From: a virus
Lineage: Duplodnaviria > Caudoviricetes
Length of the DNA stretch: 24,547 nucleotides
Virus record (IMG/VR): IMGVR_UViG_3300044272_002181
Location: 1-24,547 of that record
Reading direction: 5' to 3' (one strand)
The translations under genes and the position numbers were made by a program. The first letter of the stretch is position 1; every line of letters begins with the position of its first letter. Under the pieces are notes generated by a model that was not told the DNA's origin, searched no databases, and worked only from the letters and a program-made list of their open reading frames with translations. Shown here piece by piece: positions 1-9,208 of this stretch.

Positions 1-1082
1 GGATCACCAAATTTTTTATGTATGGCTTCTATAATTCTATGCACGTCTCTTTGAAAATGAGCCCATATAACAACCTTACCTTCAACTTCATCTAATACAT
101 CCATAAGTTCTGGTAGCCTATTAGTGTCCAGGTCAACCATAGTGCCATCATCAGCCACAAAATTACCACAAGTTATCTGCTGCAATCTCATAAGTTGAGT
201 TAGAACTGTTGCAGTTGTAGACATCTTGCCTTTTACATTGGCTAAAGCTAGCTCTTTCATCTGACTGTAAGCTTTTAATTGATCTGGTGTTAATGATATG
301 GTTCGTTTCATAAATGTTTTTTTAGGTAGATCTAGGCAATCATCTTTTAAAACTCTGTATGAAAATTCTTTTAATTTTTCTGACAACTCATCTAAATTTC
401 TATAGCCCACCACAATCTGCACAGATCTACCACCAAAGTTAGCCGTTCTCATAACAGCGTACCTGGTCCTAAAAGAATAATAAGAGGAGTGACCCAACAA
501 TTCAGGCATTAAAAAATCACACTGTTTATACAGATCTAGTGGTGATTTAGTTACCGGTGATCCTGTAAGAATTCTGTTGTATTTAGTAGCTAACCCGAGT
601 TGACATATGTTTTTAGTACGTTTTGCTTCAGGGTTTTTTATAGTTGTAGATTCATCTATGGCCATTAAAGCTCTGTGAGAAAATAAAAATTTAGTTGCAA
701 AGTCTACACCCTTTTTAGTAGACAAAGCTTCTACATTCATAATTAAAATATGTAAGTCTTCTCCTGTTTCAAACAAAGTATCTAATTTCTTTTTTTGTTT
801 TTGATTAATTGCAGACTGCCACAACACTGTTTTATTTTGTATATGGTCTACTAAGTGTGTTGGTATCTCTGATTCGTACCAATTTTTTACTACACCTTTT
901 GGTGCCACAATTAGAACACCATTGATCTTGCCGTTATCATAAAGCATAGATATATTATCTATTAATACTTTTGATTTACCGGTACCCATCTCCATAAAAT
1001 ATGCAAAGTAGGGTTTATCCCACGACATTTCCAATGCCTTAAGCTGATGCTCGTATGGCTTGGTCTTAAACTTATAATTCAT
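1..1082 (-). CDS. SNF2-family (SF2) helicase, 3' end runs off the window
   Basis: Manual translation from ATG at 1082: MNYKFKTKPYEHQLKAL...FMEMGTGKS (motif I)...LIVAPKGV (Ia)...MAIDESTTIKN (II)...RILTGSPVTKSPLDLY (III)...VVIWAHF (IV). Absent from the ORF track because it is truncated. Confidence 0.93.
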   Translation of the reverse strand, partial: MNYKFKTKPYEHQLKALEMSWDKPYFAYFMEMGTGKSKVLIDNISMLYDNGKINGVLIVAPKGVVKNWYESEIPTHLVDHIQNKTVLWQSAINQKQKKKLDTLFETGEDLHILIMNVEALSTKKGVDFATKFLFSHRALMAIDESTTIKNPEAKRTKNICQLGLATKYNRILTGSPVTKSPLDLYKQCDFLMPELLGHSSYYSFRTRYAVMRTANFGGRSVQIVVGYRNLDELSEKLKEFSYRVLKDDCLDLPKKTFMKRTISLTPDQLKAYSQMKELALANVKGKMSTTATVLTQLMRLQQITCGNFVADDGTMVDLDTNRLPELMDVLDEVEGKVVIWAHFQRDVHRIIEAIHKKFGD

Positions 1083-1103
1083 AATATTTTTTCTGCTTTC
1101 TAG

Positions 1104-1140
1104 TTGACATCTATATAAACATATTTATATTGTTTGTCAA
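1104..1140. promoter_or_regulatory. Overlapping divergent sigma70-type promoters
   Basis: Plus strand: TTGACA (1104-1109), 16 nt, TATATT (1126-1131). Minus strand: TTGACA (1140-1135), 17 nt, TATATA (1117-1112). Lies between two divergent genes. Confidence 0.7.
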
Positions 1141-1496
1141 TGTCAGAAAGAATAGTTTACGTTATACAGGAAGTTCCAGGAACAAGAGCAGGTAATCCTA
1201 AAATAAATATTGTTGGCGCACAAAAATACGGCGACTTAAAATTTTTATTACCTGAACTTTCACAAATGATTTTTTCTCCAGGTCCATTAATTTTTAAATT
1301 AAGAAAACTTTTAAAAAATTTTAAACCTGAAGATCATTTATTATTAACTGGTGATCCAGCTTTGATAGGTGTTGCATGTTCTATTGTATCTGATATTACA
1401 AACGGTAAATACAATCTATTGAAATGGGATAAACAAGAAAGACAATACTATCCTATTAAAATTAATTTATATGAGAAAGGAGAAATAGATGAGTAA
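1140..1496 (+). CDS. Phage replication-module hypothetical protein
   Basis: ORF track; ATG at 1140 preferred over TTG 1134; alpha/beta-like pattern with DHLLLTGDP motif; overlaps the next gene. Confidence 0.8.
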   Translation: MSERIVYVIQEVPGTRAGNPKINIVGAQKYGDLKFLLPELSQMIFSPGPLIFKLRKLLKNFKPEDHLLLTGDPALIGVACSIVSDITNGKYNLLKWDKQERQYYPIKINLYEKGEIDE

Positions 1497-2043
1497 TATA
1501 AACTTTGAACAAGACCAACGAGAAGATTTGAATTCAGTTAACGATGCCAAATCATTATCGGATCAAGTCATCAAACTAAAAAAATTAGAGGATGAACTTG
1601 AAGAAAAAGAAAAAGAATTAAAAGAACTGAAACGTCATGTTGATTTAGTATCAGGTGAGGTAATACCAACCATGATGCAGGAGATGAATATCTCTACATT
1701 AAAATTATCAGACGGTTCTTCAGTTGAAGTTAAACCAGTTTATGGTGCTTCGATTACAGCAGCAAATAAAGAAGCAGCATTTAAATGGCTTCGAGATAAC
1801 GGCCTGGGTGATCTTATTAAAAATGAGGTTACAGTTTCCTTTGGCCGTAACGAAGATAACAAGGCATCGCAATATGCGGTCCTTGCGCAAGGTCAAGGGT
1901 ACGAACCTGTCCAGAAATTGAAGGTCGAACCAATGACACTTAAAGCATTGGTCAGAGAGCGTCTGGAATCTGGACAAGAGATGCCCTCTGATCTTTTTAA
2001 TGTGTTCACAGGAAACAGAACCAAAGTAACAAGGAGCAAATAA
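1489..2043 (+). CDS. Phage replication/recombination-module protein with N-terminal coiled coil
   Basis: 184 aa ORF; AAGGAG RBS upstream; coiled-coil N-terminus; AFKWLRDNGLGDLIK segment. Confidence 0.8.
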   Translation: MSNINFEQDQREDLNSVNDAKSLSDQVIKLKKLEDELEEKEKELKELKRHVDLVSGEVIPTMMQEMNISTLKLSDGSSVEVKPVYGASITAANKEAAFKWLRDNGLGDLIKNEVTVSFGRNEDNKASQYAVLAQGQGYEPVQKLKVEPMTLKALVRERLESGQEMPSDLFNVFTGNRTKVTRSK

Positions 2044-2045
2044 AC

Positions 2046-2804
2046 ATGAACCAAGTAGCAGAGAAAAAGTCTGCAGGTCTTCCAACAAATATGTTTGAAG
2101 ATGATGCAGCAAAAGGTTTGGGTAAAATAGGTCAAGATGATCTAGCCCTACCTTTTTTAAAAATCCTAGGACAACTTTCACCGGAAGTTAACAAACGTGA
2201 TGGTAAGTATGTTGAAGGTGCAGAGCCGGGTATGATATTCAATTCAGTATCTGGTGAACTGTATGACGGAGTAAAAGGTATTGATGTCATTCCATGTTTT
2301 TATAAATTGGAATACATCGAATGGAAAGATAGAGGGGAGGGTTTAGGTGCACCAGTAAACATCTATGATTCTTCTTCTGATATCATGTCCAAGACAACAC
2401 CTGATGCAAACTATAAAGATAGACTACCTAATGGTAACTATATTGATAAGACTGCATCACACTTTGTCATTATCACGGGAGATAATCCAGCAACAGCATT
2501 GATATCTATGAAGTCTACTCAATTAAAGATTAGTAGAAAATGGAACTCAATGATGTCTGGAATAAAAATGAAGGGTGCCAATGGGTTATTCACACCAGCA
2601 TCTTTCAGCCACATTTACAGACTAAAGACTACGCAAATGTCAAACGATAAAGGCACATGGTTTGGTTGGGAAGTCAGTAAAGTTGGCCCAGTAACTGATC
2701 AATCCTTATACGGTCAAGCAAAATCATTTAGTGAAAACATTTCCAAAGGATCTGTTAAAGCTAAACATGGCGAGACTGAAGCAAAGAAGGATAGCATTAT
2801 CTAA
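2046..2804 (+). CDS. Putative single-stranded DNA-binding protein
   Basis: 252 aa ORF; AGGAG RBS; aromatic-rich beta pattern (NDKGTWFGWEV); sits directly before primase and helicase. Function is inferred. Confidence 0.55.
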   Translation: MNQVAEKKSAGLPTNMFEDDAAKGLGKIGQDDLALPFLKILGQLSPEVNKRDGKYVEGAEPGMIFNSVSGELYDGVKGIDVIPCFYKLEYIEWKDRGEGLGAPVNIYDSSSDIMSKTTPDANYKDRLPNGNYIDKTASHFVIITGDNPATALISMKSTQLKISRKWNSMMSGIKMKGANGLFTPASFSHIYRLKTTQMSNDKGTWFGWEVSKVGPVTDQSLYGQAKSFSENISKGSVKAKHGETEAKKDSII

Positions 2805-2828
2805 TTCTCTAAGAGAATGAGTGCACAG

Positions 2829-2858
2829 GTGGGCCAAACGGGAGACTGGGTGGCCCAC
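2829..2858 (+). promoter_or_regulatory. GC-rich intergenic hairpin (attenuator or processing site candidate)
   Basis: GTGGGCCA (2829-2836) pairs with TGGCCCAC (2851-2858); inner CGG-GAGA-CTG has a GNRA tetraloop; no U-tract follows. Confidence 0.55.
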
Positions 2859-2868
2859 TGATACAGTT

Positions 2869-4503
2869 ATGGAGAAAAGATATATAGAATTTTTTGATGG
2901 GTATAGGCAGGCTTATGGTCTAGCTGACTTTGAACATCCAGAAGCATATACAGATCCCGACAGTGGTAAAAAGAAACCTGTATATAGATGGAATTTTGAA
3001 AAGCTAACAGAGCAAGTATATAGTTCACACTTAAAAGGTGAGCTATCAATTGGTATTCAACCATGTAATGAAAACAAAGAAGTTAAATTTGGCGTAATTG
3101 ATATTGATCCAAAAGAGTATGATGACTTTGATAAAAAATTTTTTATAGATATAATTCAACAATACGATCTACCTCTGATACCGGTGGAATCTAAAAGTGG
3201 TGGGCTTCATTTATGTATCTTCATGAACAGTTTTACGGATGCTAAGAGTGTTAAATCTTTTTTAAGTAATCTGTTACCTTTATTTAAATTAAAACCTGAT
3301 TGCGAAATATTTCCAAAGCAAACAGAGCTCACCAGGGATGAGGAGACAGGGAACTTAAAACCAGGACAGTTTATTAATCTGCCTTACTATGGAGATAAAA
3401 GAAAAGCTATAAATTTAGATGGCACAAAGTTTGAGTTAGATCAATTTTTAAAAGTTGTTGAATCTAATCTTGTTTCAAAAGAAGATTTAAAAGTTATTAC
3501 AGAGGAGATAGATCAAAAAATATATCAAGGGGTAGATGGTGATTTAATAGATGGCCCACCTTGTTTAGCTGACATATCAAAAGTATCTAATCAAAAAGGT
3601 TTTGATGGCAAGGATAGATTTATGTATAACTACCATGTCTTTGTTAAAATGAAGTACCCAGATAGCTGGGAACAAAAAGTAAAAAATGCTCCGGTAAAAT
3701 TTTTTGAAGAGTTACATGCAAATGCATGGGACGATAAAAAACTAAATGCAAAAGTAAAATCCTGGAAGAGATCTGAAAAAGGTTATACTTGCAATGAGAG
3801 TCCAATAAGTGATTTTTGTAAGAAAGGTATTTGTGTAAAGAAAAAGTTTGGGGTCCTGGCAGGATCAAAGGGTGCCTACCCTGTCCTGACTAACTTAAGA
3901 AAGATAGAAATTTTTGAAGAACCTGAGTATGAGTTTGACGTTACAAAGCCAGATGGTATCGGAACAGCTACAGTACACTGTAAATCAATAGAACATTTAA
4001 ATGATCAACGTAAAAGAAGAAACGCAATTGCAAAAGCTGCAGGCTTTCCGCCTCCACTAATAAAAGGTGATGAGGAACAGGTTGTATTAGAAGCTTTGTA
4101 TGCCACGCAAAAAATAGTTCAACCACCTATTGGAACATCACCAAAAGAAAAATTACATGATGTATTGCATGCAAAAATAAATGGACCTCGTGCTACTAAT
4201 GATGCAGCATTTAAAACTGGGTCGGTATTGGTGGAAGGTGATTATGCATTTTTTAAATTTGATAAATTTTTTGAAAGATTAAAAGCTAAAGATTGGAAGT
4301 ACAAAGAAGAAAAGACAGGCCGTATTATGGAGACTACATACAGAGAATGTGGCATAGAGTTTTTAGAACAAAAAAGATTTCCTACAACTAAAAAAGGAGA
4401 ATACAATGCGTCTGTTAAGAACGTAGTACAGATAAATATTAAAGCGTTTGAAGAGATACCAATAAACCATTCTCCAATAAAACATAAAACGGATATAATG
4501 TGA
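2869..4503 (+). CDS. AEP-superfamily primase (primase-polymerase) with Cys-containing PriL-like domain
   Basis: FGVIDID (DxD), ESKSGGLH (His motif), FINLPY; later GPPCL...YTC...FC...IC. ATG 2869 preferred over GTG 2821, which would translate through the hairpin. Confidence 0.8.
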   Translation: MEKRYIEFFDGYRQAYGLADFEHPEAYTDPDSGKKKPVYRWNFEKLTEQVYSSHLKGELSIGIQPCNENKEVKFGVIDIDPKEYDDFDKKFFIDIIQQYDLPLIPVESKSGGLHLCIFMNSFTDAKSVKSFLSNLLPLFKLKPDCEIFPKQTELTRDEETGNLKPGQFINLPYYGDKRKAINLDGTKFELDQFLKVVESNLVSKEDLKVITEEIDQKIYQGVDGDLIDGPPCLADISKVSNQKGFDGKDRFMYNYHVFVKMKYPDSWEQKVKNAPVKFFEELHANAWDDKKLNAKVKSWKRSEKGYTCNESPISDFCKKGICVKKKFGVLAGSKGAYPVLTNLRKIEIFEEPEYEFDVTKPDGIGTATVHCKSIEHLNDQRKRRNAIAKAAGFPPPLIKGDEEQVVLEALYATQKIVQPPIGTSPKEKLHDVLHAKINGPRATNDAAFKTGSVLVEGDYAFFKFDKFFERLKAKDWKYKEEKTGRIMETTYRECGIEFLEQKRFPTTKKGEYNASVKNVVQINIKAFEEIPINHSPIKHKTDIM

Positions 4504-6044
4504 TCAGTAGAAAATTATTTGGTCCTCCAGGCACAGGCAAGACAACAAAACTTCTAAAATATGTTAAGACATTTTTAAAACTAGGTACACCTATAGATAA
4601 AATAGGGTACTTTGCATTTACAAGAAAGGCTGCTGAAGAAGCAATTGACAGAATGATGGAACAATATCCACAATACAGAAGAAAAGATTTAAAATACTTT
4701 AGAACCCTACACTCACTAGCTTTTACGAGATTAGGTCTTTCTAAATCCCAAGTCATGCAGGACGAACACTACGAAGACATTGGTAGAAAGTTAGGAATTG
4801 AGGTGACTGTTTATTCTGATGGACAAGAAAAGACAGGGTTTGTTGATTCTAATAGTGAGTATTTTAATTTAATAAATGCAGCCAGAATAAAAGAAACATC
4901 TATTGAAGAAGAATACAATACAGCAATGTACTCAAATGATTTAGATAAAAGACTCTTACCTATCTTACAAGAAGAAGTAATTAGCTACAAAAAAGCTTTT
5001 GAACTGGTAGATTTTACAGACATGATAGAAAAATTTATTGTGTCAGAACTGTGTCCAAAATTAGACGTGGCTTTTATAGATGAAGCCCAGGATCTATCTC
5101 CAATACAATGGAAAATGTGTAATGAAATAATAAAAAACAGTAAATATGTTATTCTAGCAGGTGATGATGACCAAGCTATTTATGGTTGGGCTGGAGCAGA
5201 TGTAAAAAAATTTCAAGATATTCAATCTAAAAAAGACATTATCTTGCCACAATCTTTTAGGGTTCCGCAGTCTGTGCAGTATATCGCTGATAAAATATTG
5301 GACAGAATACCTGACCTAAGAAGAATTAAAAAACAATGGAAAGCTAGAGAAGAGCAAGGAAGTGTAGACTATATTACTTCAATAGAAGACGCACCATTGG
5401 AGTATGGTAAATGGCTAATACTAGCAAGATACAATGACAAATTAGATAGATTAAAACCGGTGTTAAAAGACAGGCATTTGTATTTTGAATACAAGGGTAG
5501 AAAAAGTTTTAGTAGTTCCTTGTTTAGAAGCATTCTAAACTACACAAGATGGGCAGATAAGAATGACCTATTGTCTATATCTGAAGTGCGGGGTATATTT
5601 GATCAAACAGGTGATGATATTGAGTTAACAGACGAACGGCTTTATGATTTAGCTGAGTTTGGATTTAGTAAGACAGAAAGATGGTACGATAAATTTTTAA
5701 TTAATTATGAAGAGTCTTTATACATCAGAGAAATGTTACGAAACAAAGAAAACTTACATGATAGTGCAAGGATAAAACTTTCTACAATACATTCTGCAAA
5801 AGGTGGAGAAGAAGAAAATGTTTTAATTATTTTAGACAATACAAAAACAATTAGAGAATCAGTTGAAAAAAGTCAAGACAAAGCTGATGAAGAAAATAGA
5901 GTTTGGTATGTTGGTGTTACAAGGACCAGACAAAATTTATATCTGTTAACAGCAAAAAAGGAGGAACACGGTTATGACATCGAAAGTTTGGGACAAGCAG
6001 CACGGCGGGAATCATTACCAAAAGTACAAAATACAACCAAGTAA
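4500..6044 (+). CDS. UvrD/PcrA-like SF1 helicase
   Basis: GPPGTGKT, FAFTRKAA, RTLHS, IDEAQD, AGDDDQAIYGWAGA, STIHSAKGGE, YVGVTR motifs. Confidence 0.95.
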   Translation: MISRKLFGPPGTGKTTKLLKYVKTFLKLGTPIDKIGYFAFTRKAAEEAIDRMMEQYPQYRRKDLKYFRTLHSLAFTRLGLSKSQVMQDEHYEDIGRKLGIEVTVYSDGQEKTGFVDSNSEYFNLINAARIKETSIEEEYNTAMYSNDLDKRLLPILQEEVISYKKAFELVDFTDMIEKFIVSELCPKLDVAFIDEAQDLSPIQWKMCNEIIKNSKYVILAGDDDQAIYGWAGADVKKFQDIQSKKDIILPQSFRVPQSVQYIADKILDRIPDLRRIKKQWKAREEQGSVDYITSIEDAPLEYGKWLILARYNDKLDRLKPVLKDRHLYFEYKGRKSFSSSLFRSILNYTRWADKNDLLSISEVRGIFDQTGDDIELTDERLYDLAEFGFSKTERWYDKFLINYEESLYIREMLRNKENLHDSARIKLSTIHSAKGGEEENVLIILDNTKTIRESVEKSQDKADEENRVWYVGVTRTRQNLYLLTAKKEEHGYDIESLGQAARRESLPKVQNTTK

Positions 6045-6195
6045 GTTTGTAGTGGAGAATGAGTTGTTATATCCCGAGGGTTGTGCTATAAAATATATTA
6101 TCCGTCACCGAGACAAAAACGGAAAGGAAGATATATTGAAGGCTATACATTTTATGGAAATGATACTGGAGAGGGACTACAGTGAAAATTCCTAA
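5974..6195 (+). CDS. DUF3310 / T7 gp1.7-like small protein (putative nucleotide kinase)
   Basis: GGNHY...GCAIKYIIRHRDKNGKEDILKA pattern; GGAGG RBS. Confidence 0.8.
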   Translation: MTSKVWDKQHGGNHYQKYKIQPSKFVVENELLYPEGCAIKYIIRHRDKNGKEDILKAIHFMEMILERDYSENS

Positions 6196-8038
6196 GTTTG
6201 AAGCACAGACTGAGTGGGTTAAACCCACAGAGTTTCCAGACCTACGTCAAGTAGATGAGATTGCAATTGACCTGGAGACAAAAGATCCAGACTTAATTAA
6301 AAAAGGATCTGGTTCTGTGATCGGTAATGGTGAAGTAATTGGTATCGCTGTTGCAACAAAACATTTTAAAGGTTACTTTCCTATCGCACATGAAGGTGGT
6401 GGGAACATGGATAAGGTAAGAGTATTAACCTGGTTAAAAGATATATTAGAAGCACCCTCAACAAAAGTTTTTCACAACGCAATATATGATGTTTGTTGGT
6501 TACGTGCCATGGGTTTTAAAATAAATGGTGACATAGCCTGCACAATGATAGCTGCAGCTGTAACTGACGAGAACAGATTTCGCTATGATCTCAATAGTTT
6601 ATCGTGGCATTACCTAGGTTACGGAAAGAACGAAGCAGCGTTGGCAGAAGCTGCATCTGAATGGGGCATAGATCCTAAATCAGAAATGTATAAACTTCCT
6701 GCAATGCATGCAGGCGCATATGCCGAACGTGATGCTGAGGTTACATTTGGTCTTTGGCAAGAAATGAAAAAAGAAATTATAAGTCAAGACCTTGAAGATA
6801 TATTTGATTTAGAATCTGATTTGTTTCATTGCTTAGTTGACATGAGATTTAAAGGTGTGCGTGTAGATATAGAACGTGCACATCAAATGAAAAAAGAAAT
6901 GAAGACAGCTGAACAAGAACTACTTCAAAAAATAAAAAAAGAAACAAACATTGACACACAAATTTGGGCTGCAAGATCTATTGCAAATGTTTTTGATATG
7001 TTAAGATTAGAATATCCACGTACAGATAAAACACAAGCACCAAGTTTTACAAAAAATTTTTTACAAGAACATAAACATCCTGTTGTAAATATGATTGCGC
7101 AGGCAAGAGAAATAAATAAAGCTCACACAACTTTTATAGATTCTATTTTACGACATGAACACAAAGGTAGAATACATGCTGAAATAAATCAGCTTAGATC
7201 ACAAACCGGGGGCACGGTTACTGGTAGGTTTTCCTACCAGAACCCAAACCTACAACAAATACCTGCAAGAAATAAAGACCTTGGACCTAAGATAAGGTCG
7301 TTATTTATACCCGAGGAGGGCCATAGATGGGGTGTATTTGACTATTCTCAACAAGAACCTAGGTTGGTAGTGCATTATGCATCTTTGTATAAATTACCTT
7401 CTGTATACGATGTAATAGAATCTTATAACAATAATCCTGATGCAGACTTTCACCAGACTGTAGCGGACATGGCTCAGATACCTAGATCACAAGCTAAAAC
7501 AATTAACCTTGGTTTGTTTTATGGTATGGGTAAAGCAAAACTACAAGCAGAACTTGGTGTAACTAAAGAAAAGGCTGCTGATTTATTTAATCAGTATCAT
7601 GCTAAAGTTCCGTTTGTAAAACAGTTAATGGAAAAAGCATCTAACAGAGCACAAGATAGAGGTCAGATAAGAACTCTACTTGGTAGATTGTGTAGGTTTC
7701 ATCTTTGGGAACCTAATAGTTTCGGTATGCATAAAGCCATGTCTCACGAAGATGCACTCAGGGAACATGGACCAGGGATTAAAAGAGCATACACTTACAA
7801 AGCATTAAATAAATTAATACAAGGTAGTGCAGCAGACATGACAAAGAAAGCAATGTTAGAATTATATAAAGAAGGAATTATACCTCACATACAAATACAT
7901 GATGAATTAGATTTGTCTATTGAAGATGACGCACAGGCTAAAAAGGTCATTGATATTATGGAGCAGGCTGTTAATCTAGAAGTCCCAAATAAAGTCGACT
8001 ATGAATCAGGAGACAATTGGGGGGAGATAAATGACTGA
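6182..8038 (+). CDS. polA: Family A DNA polymerase with 3'-5' exonuclease domain
   Basis: Exo motifs IAIDLET, FHNAIYD, YAERD; TGRFSYQNPNLQQIP; motif A DYSQQEPR; motif B RSQAKTINLGLFYG; motif C IHDEL. Confidence 0.97.
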   Translation: MKIPKFEAQTEWVKPTEFPDLRQVDEIAIDLETKDPDLIKKGSGSVIGNGEVIGIAVATKHFKGYFPIAHEGGGNMDKVRVLTWLKDILEAPSTKVFHNAIYDVCWLRAMGFKINGDIACTMIAAAVTDENRFRYDLNSLSWHYLGYGKNEAALAEAASEWGIDPKSEMYKLPAMHAGAYAERDAEVTFGLWQEMKKEIISQDLEDIFDLESDLFHCLVDMRFKGVRVDIERAHQMKKEMKTAEQELLQKIKKETNIDTQIWAARSIANVFDMLRLEYPRTDKTQAPSFTKNFLQEHKHPVVNMIAQAREINKAHTTFIDSILRHEHKGRIHAEINQLRSQTGGTVTGRFSYQNPNLQQIPARNKDLGPKIRSLFIPEEGHRWGVFDYSQQEPRLVVHYASLYKLPSVYDVIESYNNNPDADFHQTVADMAQIPRSQAKTINLGLFYGMGKAKLQAELGVTKEKAADLFNQYHAKVPFVKQLMEKASNRAQDRGQIRTLLGRLCRFHLWEPNSFGMHKAMSHEDALREHGPGIKRAYTYKALNKLIQGSAADMTKKAMLELYKEGIIPHIQIHDELDLSIEDDAQAKKVIDIMEQAVNLEVPNKVDYESGDNWGEIND

Positions 8039-8697
8039 TGGCTTATTTAAATGCAAACATACCTGTAATAGAATGTTGGGTAAGAGGTAATTACCTAAGA
8101 GATCAAAAAGATTCTCACGATAAATATTTTGAAGTAGGAGTATTTGGTTTTAGTTCAATACCAAACAGAGTACCACTATTTCATTTCTTAATGGAGGATG
8201 GCGGCCTATGGTGGAGAGCACCTATAACTGCATTCTGTACTAAACCTGGAGTAAAAGAGCTGCCTCTTGATGAAGTAGTTATGTGGGATAGCTTTAGTTA
8301 CAATGTAAGTGTCACAACTTTTTATGAATTAGCTGGCGCTACAATGCAATACACGTCAAGACGTAAAGTAAAACGTAAAGGTAAATATTTATTTACAATA
8401 GATTGGTGCGCAGGAGACTTTAATGAATTAAATTTTGGTTATGCAGAGAAACCAGACCAACACAAATGTGGCCATGTTCTTGAATTAGAGGATGGTAACT
8501 TTGCAATACAGCCAAATAATAGACTTAAAATGTTTGATGCATCGATGGGTGTTGACCCAAACAAAAACTTGATTAATAGACTTGTAACAAGTAAGATATA
8601 CTCCGTAGAAAATTCAGCTAAATGGATTACAGACGAACACGAAGCAGGGAGTTATGACTATAAGCTGAAAAACTTGGAGGACGAAGATGATAAGTAA
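8038..8697 (+). CDS. Phage hypothetical protein
   Basis: 219 aa ORF coupled to polA by a TGATG overlap; YLNANIP, HKCGH and QPNNR segments. Confidence 0.85.
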   Translation: MAYLNANIPVIECWVRGNYLRDQKDSHDKYFEVGVFGFSSIPNRVPLFHFLMEDGGLWWRAPITAFCTKPGVKELPLDEVVMWDSFSYNVSVTTFYELAGATMQYTSRRKVKRKGKYLFTIDWCAGDFNELNFGYAEKPDQHKCGHVLELEDGNFAIQPNNRLKMFDASMGVDPNKNLINRLVTSKIYSVENSAKWITDEHEAGSYDYKLKNLEDEDDK

Positions 8698-8791
8698 ATA
8701 CAAAGATAAATTTATGGTATGGCAACTACACTATAGAACAGAGATTATATGTTTTGTAGCGGGTTTCATATTAGGTGTAATAATCCTTTAA
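8687..8791 (+). CDS. Small membrane peptide (34 aa)
   Basis: Manual: MISKYKDKFMVWQLHYRTEIICFVAGFILGVIIL; GGAGG at 8676-8680; hydrophobic C-terminus. Confidence 0.7.
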   Translation: MISKYKDKFMVWQLHYRTEIICFVAGFILGVIIL

Positions 8792-8801
8792 TTTAAGCAA
8801 T

Positions 8802-8903
8802 ATGAAAAGAAGTAAAATACAAAAAATTAGGGACAGGTGTGTTCAAACTGCAAAGAATATTTGGAATAAAATAAAATTATTATTTACACCAAGAGCGCAG
8901 TAA
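8802..8903 (+). CDS. Small basic amphipathic peptide (33 aa)
   Basis: Manual: MKRSKIQKIRDRCVQTAKNIWNKIKLLFTPRAQ; TAATG coupling to the next gene; fills the gap. Confidence 0.5.
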   Translation: MKRSKIQKIRDRCVQTAKNIWNKIKLLFTPRAQ

Positions 8904-9202
8904 TGAACCTGGTAGATCTGTTAAAGAAAAACATAGTAATGGTGCCAGTTGTGGCTTCACTCGTGGTGGGGACATTTACAGGTGTTCGTTATGTTGTTAA
9001 TCTTACAGATAGTATTAATACATCAGAGCAACAAATAATAAATCTTGAAAGAGATCTTAAACAAGCTCAAAAAAATATTGCAGAAATAAATACAAGATTG
9101 TCTTCAGCCGAAGCAACGTGGCAGATGGCAGAAAATTTATACAGACAATTAGCAGACCAAGTTAGAGAAAACAGTTATGATATTAAGGATTTAAGTAGGT
9201 AA
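8903..9202 (+). CDS. Membrane-anchored coiled-coil protein
   Basis: N-terminal hydrophobic segment followed by heptad repeats. Confidence 0.8.
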   Translation: MNLVDLLKKNIVMVPVVASLVVGTFTGVRYVVNLTDSINTSEQQIINLERDLKQAQKNIAEINTRLSSAEATWQMAENLYRQLADQVRENSYDIKDLSR

Positions 9203-9208
9203 TGTATT

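Noticed and set aside
1720-4756. Antisense or alternate-frame track ORFs (1720..2181, 1724..1921, 1893..2135, 2867..3064, 3644..3868, 4439..4756)
   Set aside because: They lie within well-supported genes and show no RBS or motifs; shadow ORFs.
6182-8038. Intron or intein in polA (also considered for terL and the helicases)
   Set aside because: ORFs are continuous, of normal length, with motifs in order and no intein termini.
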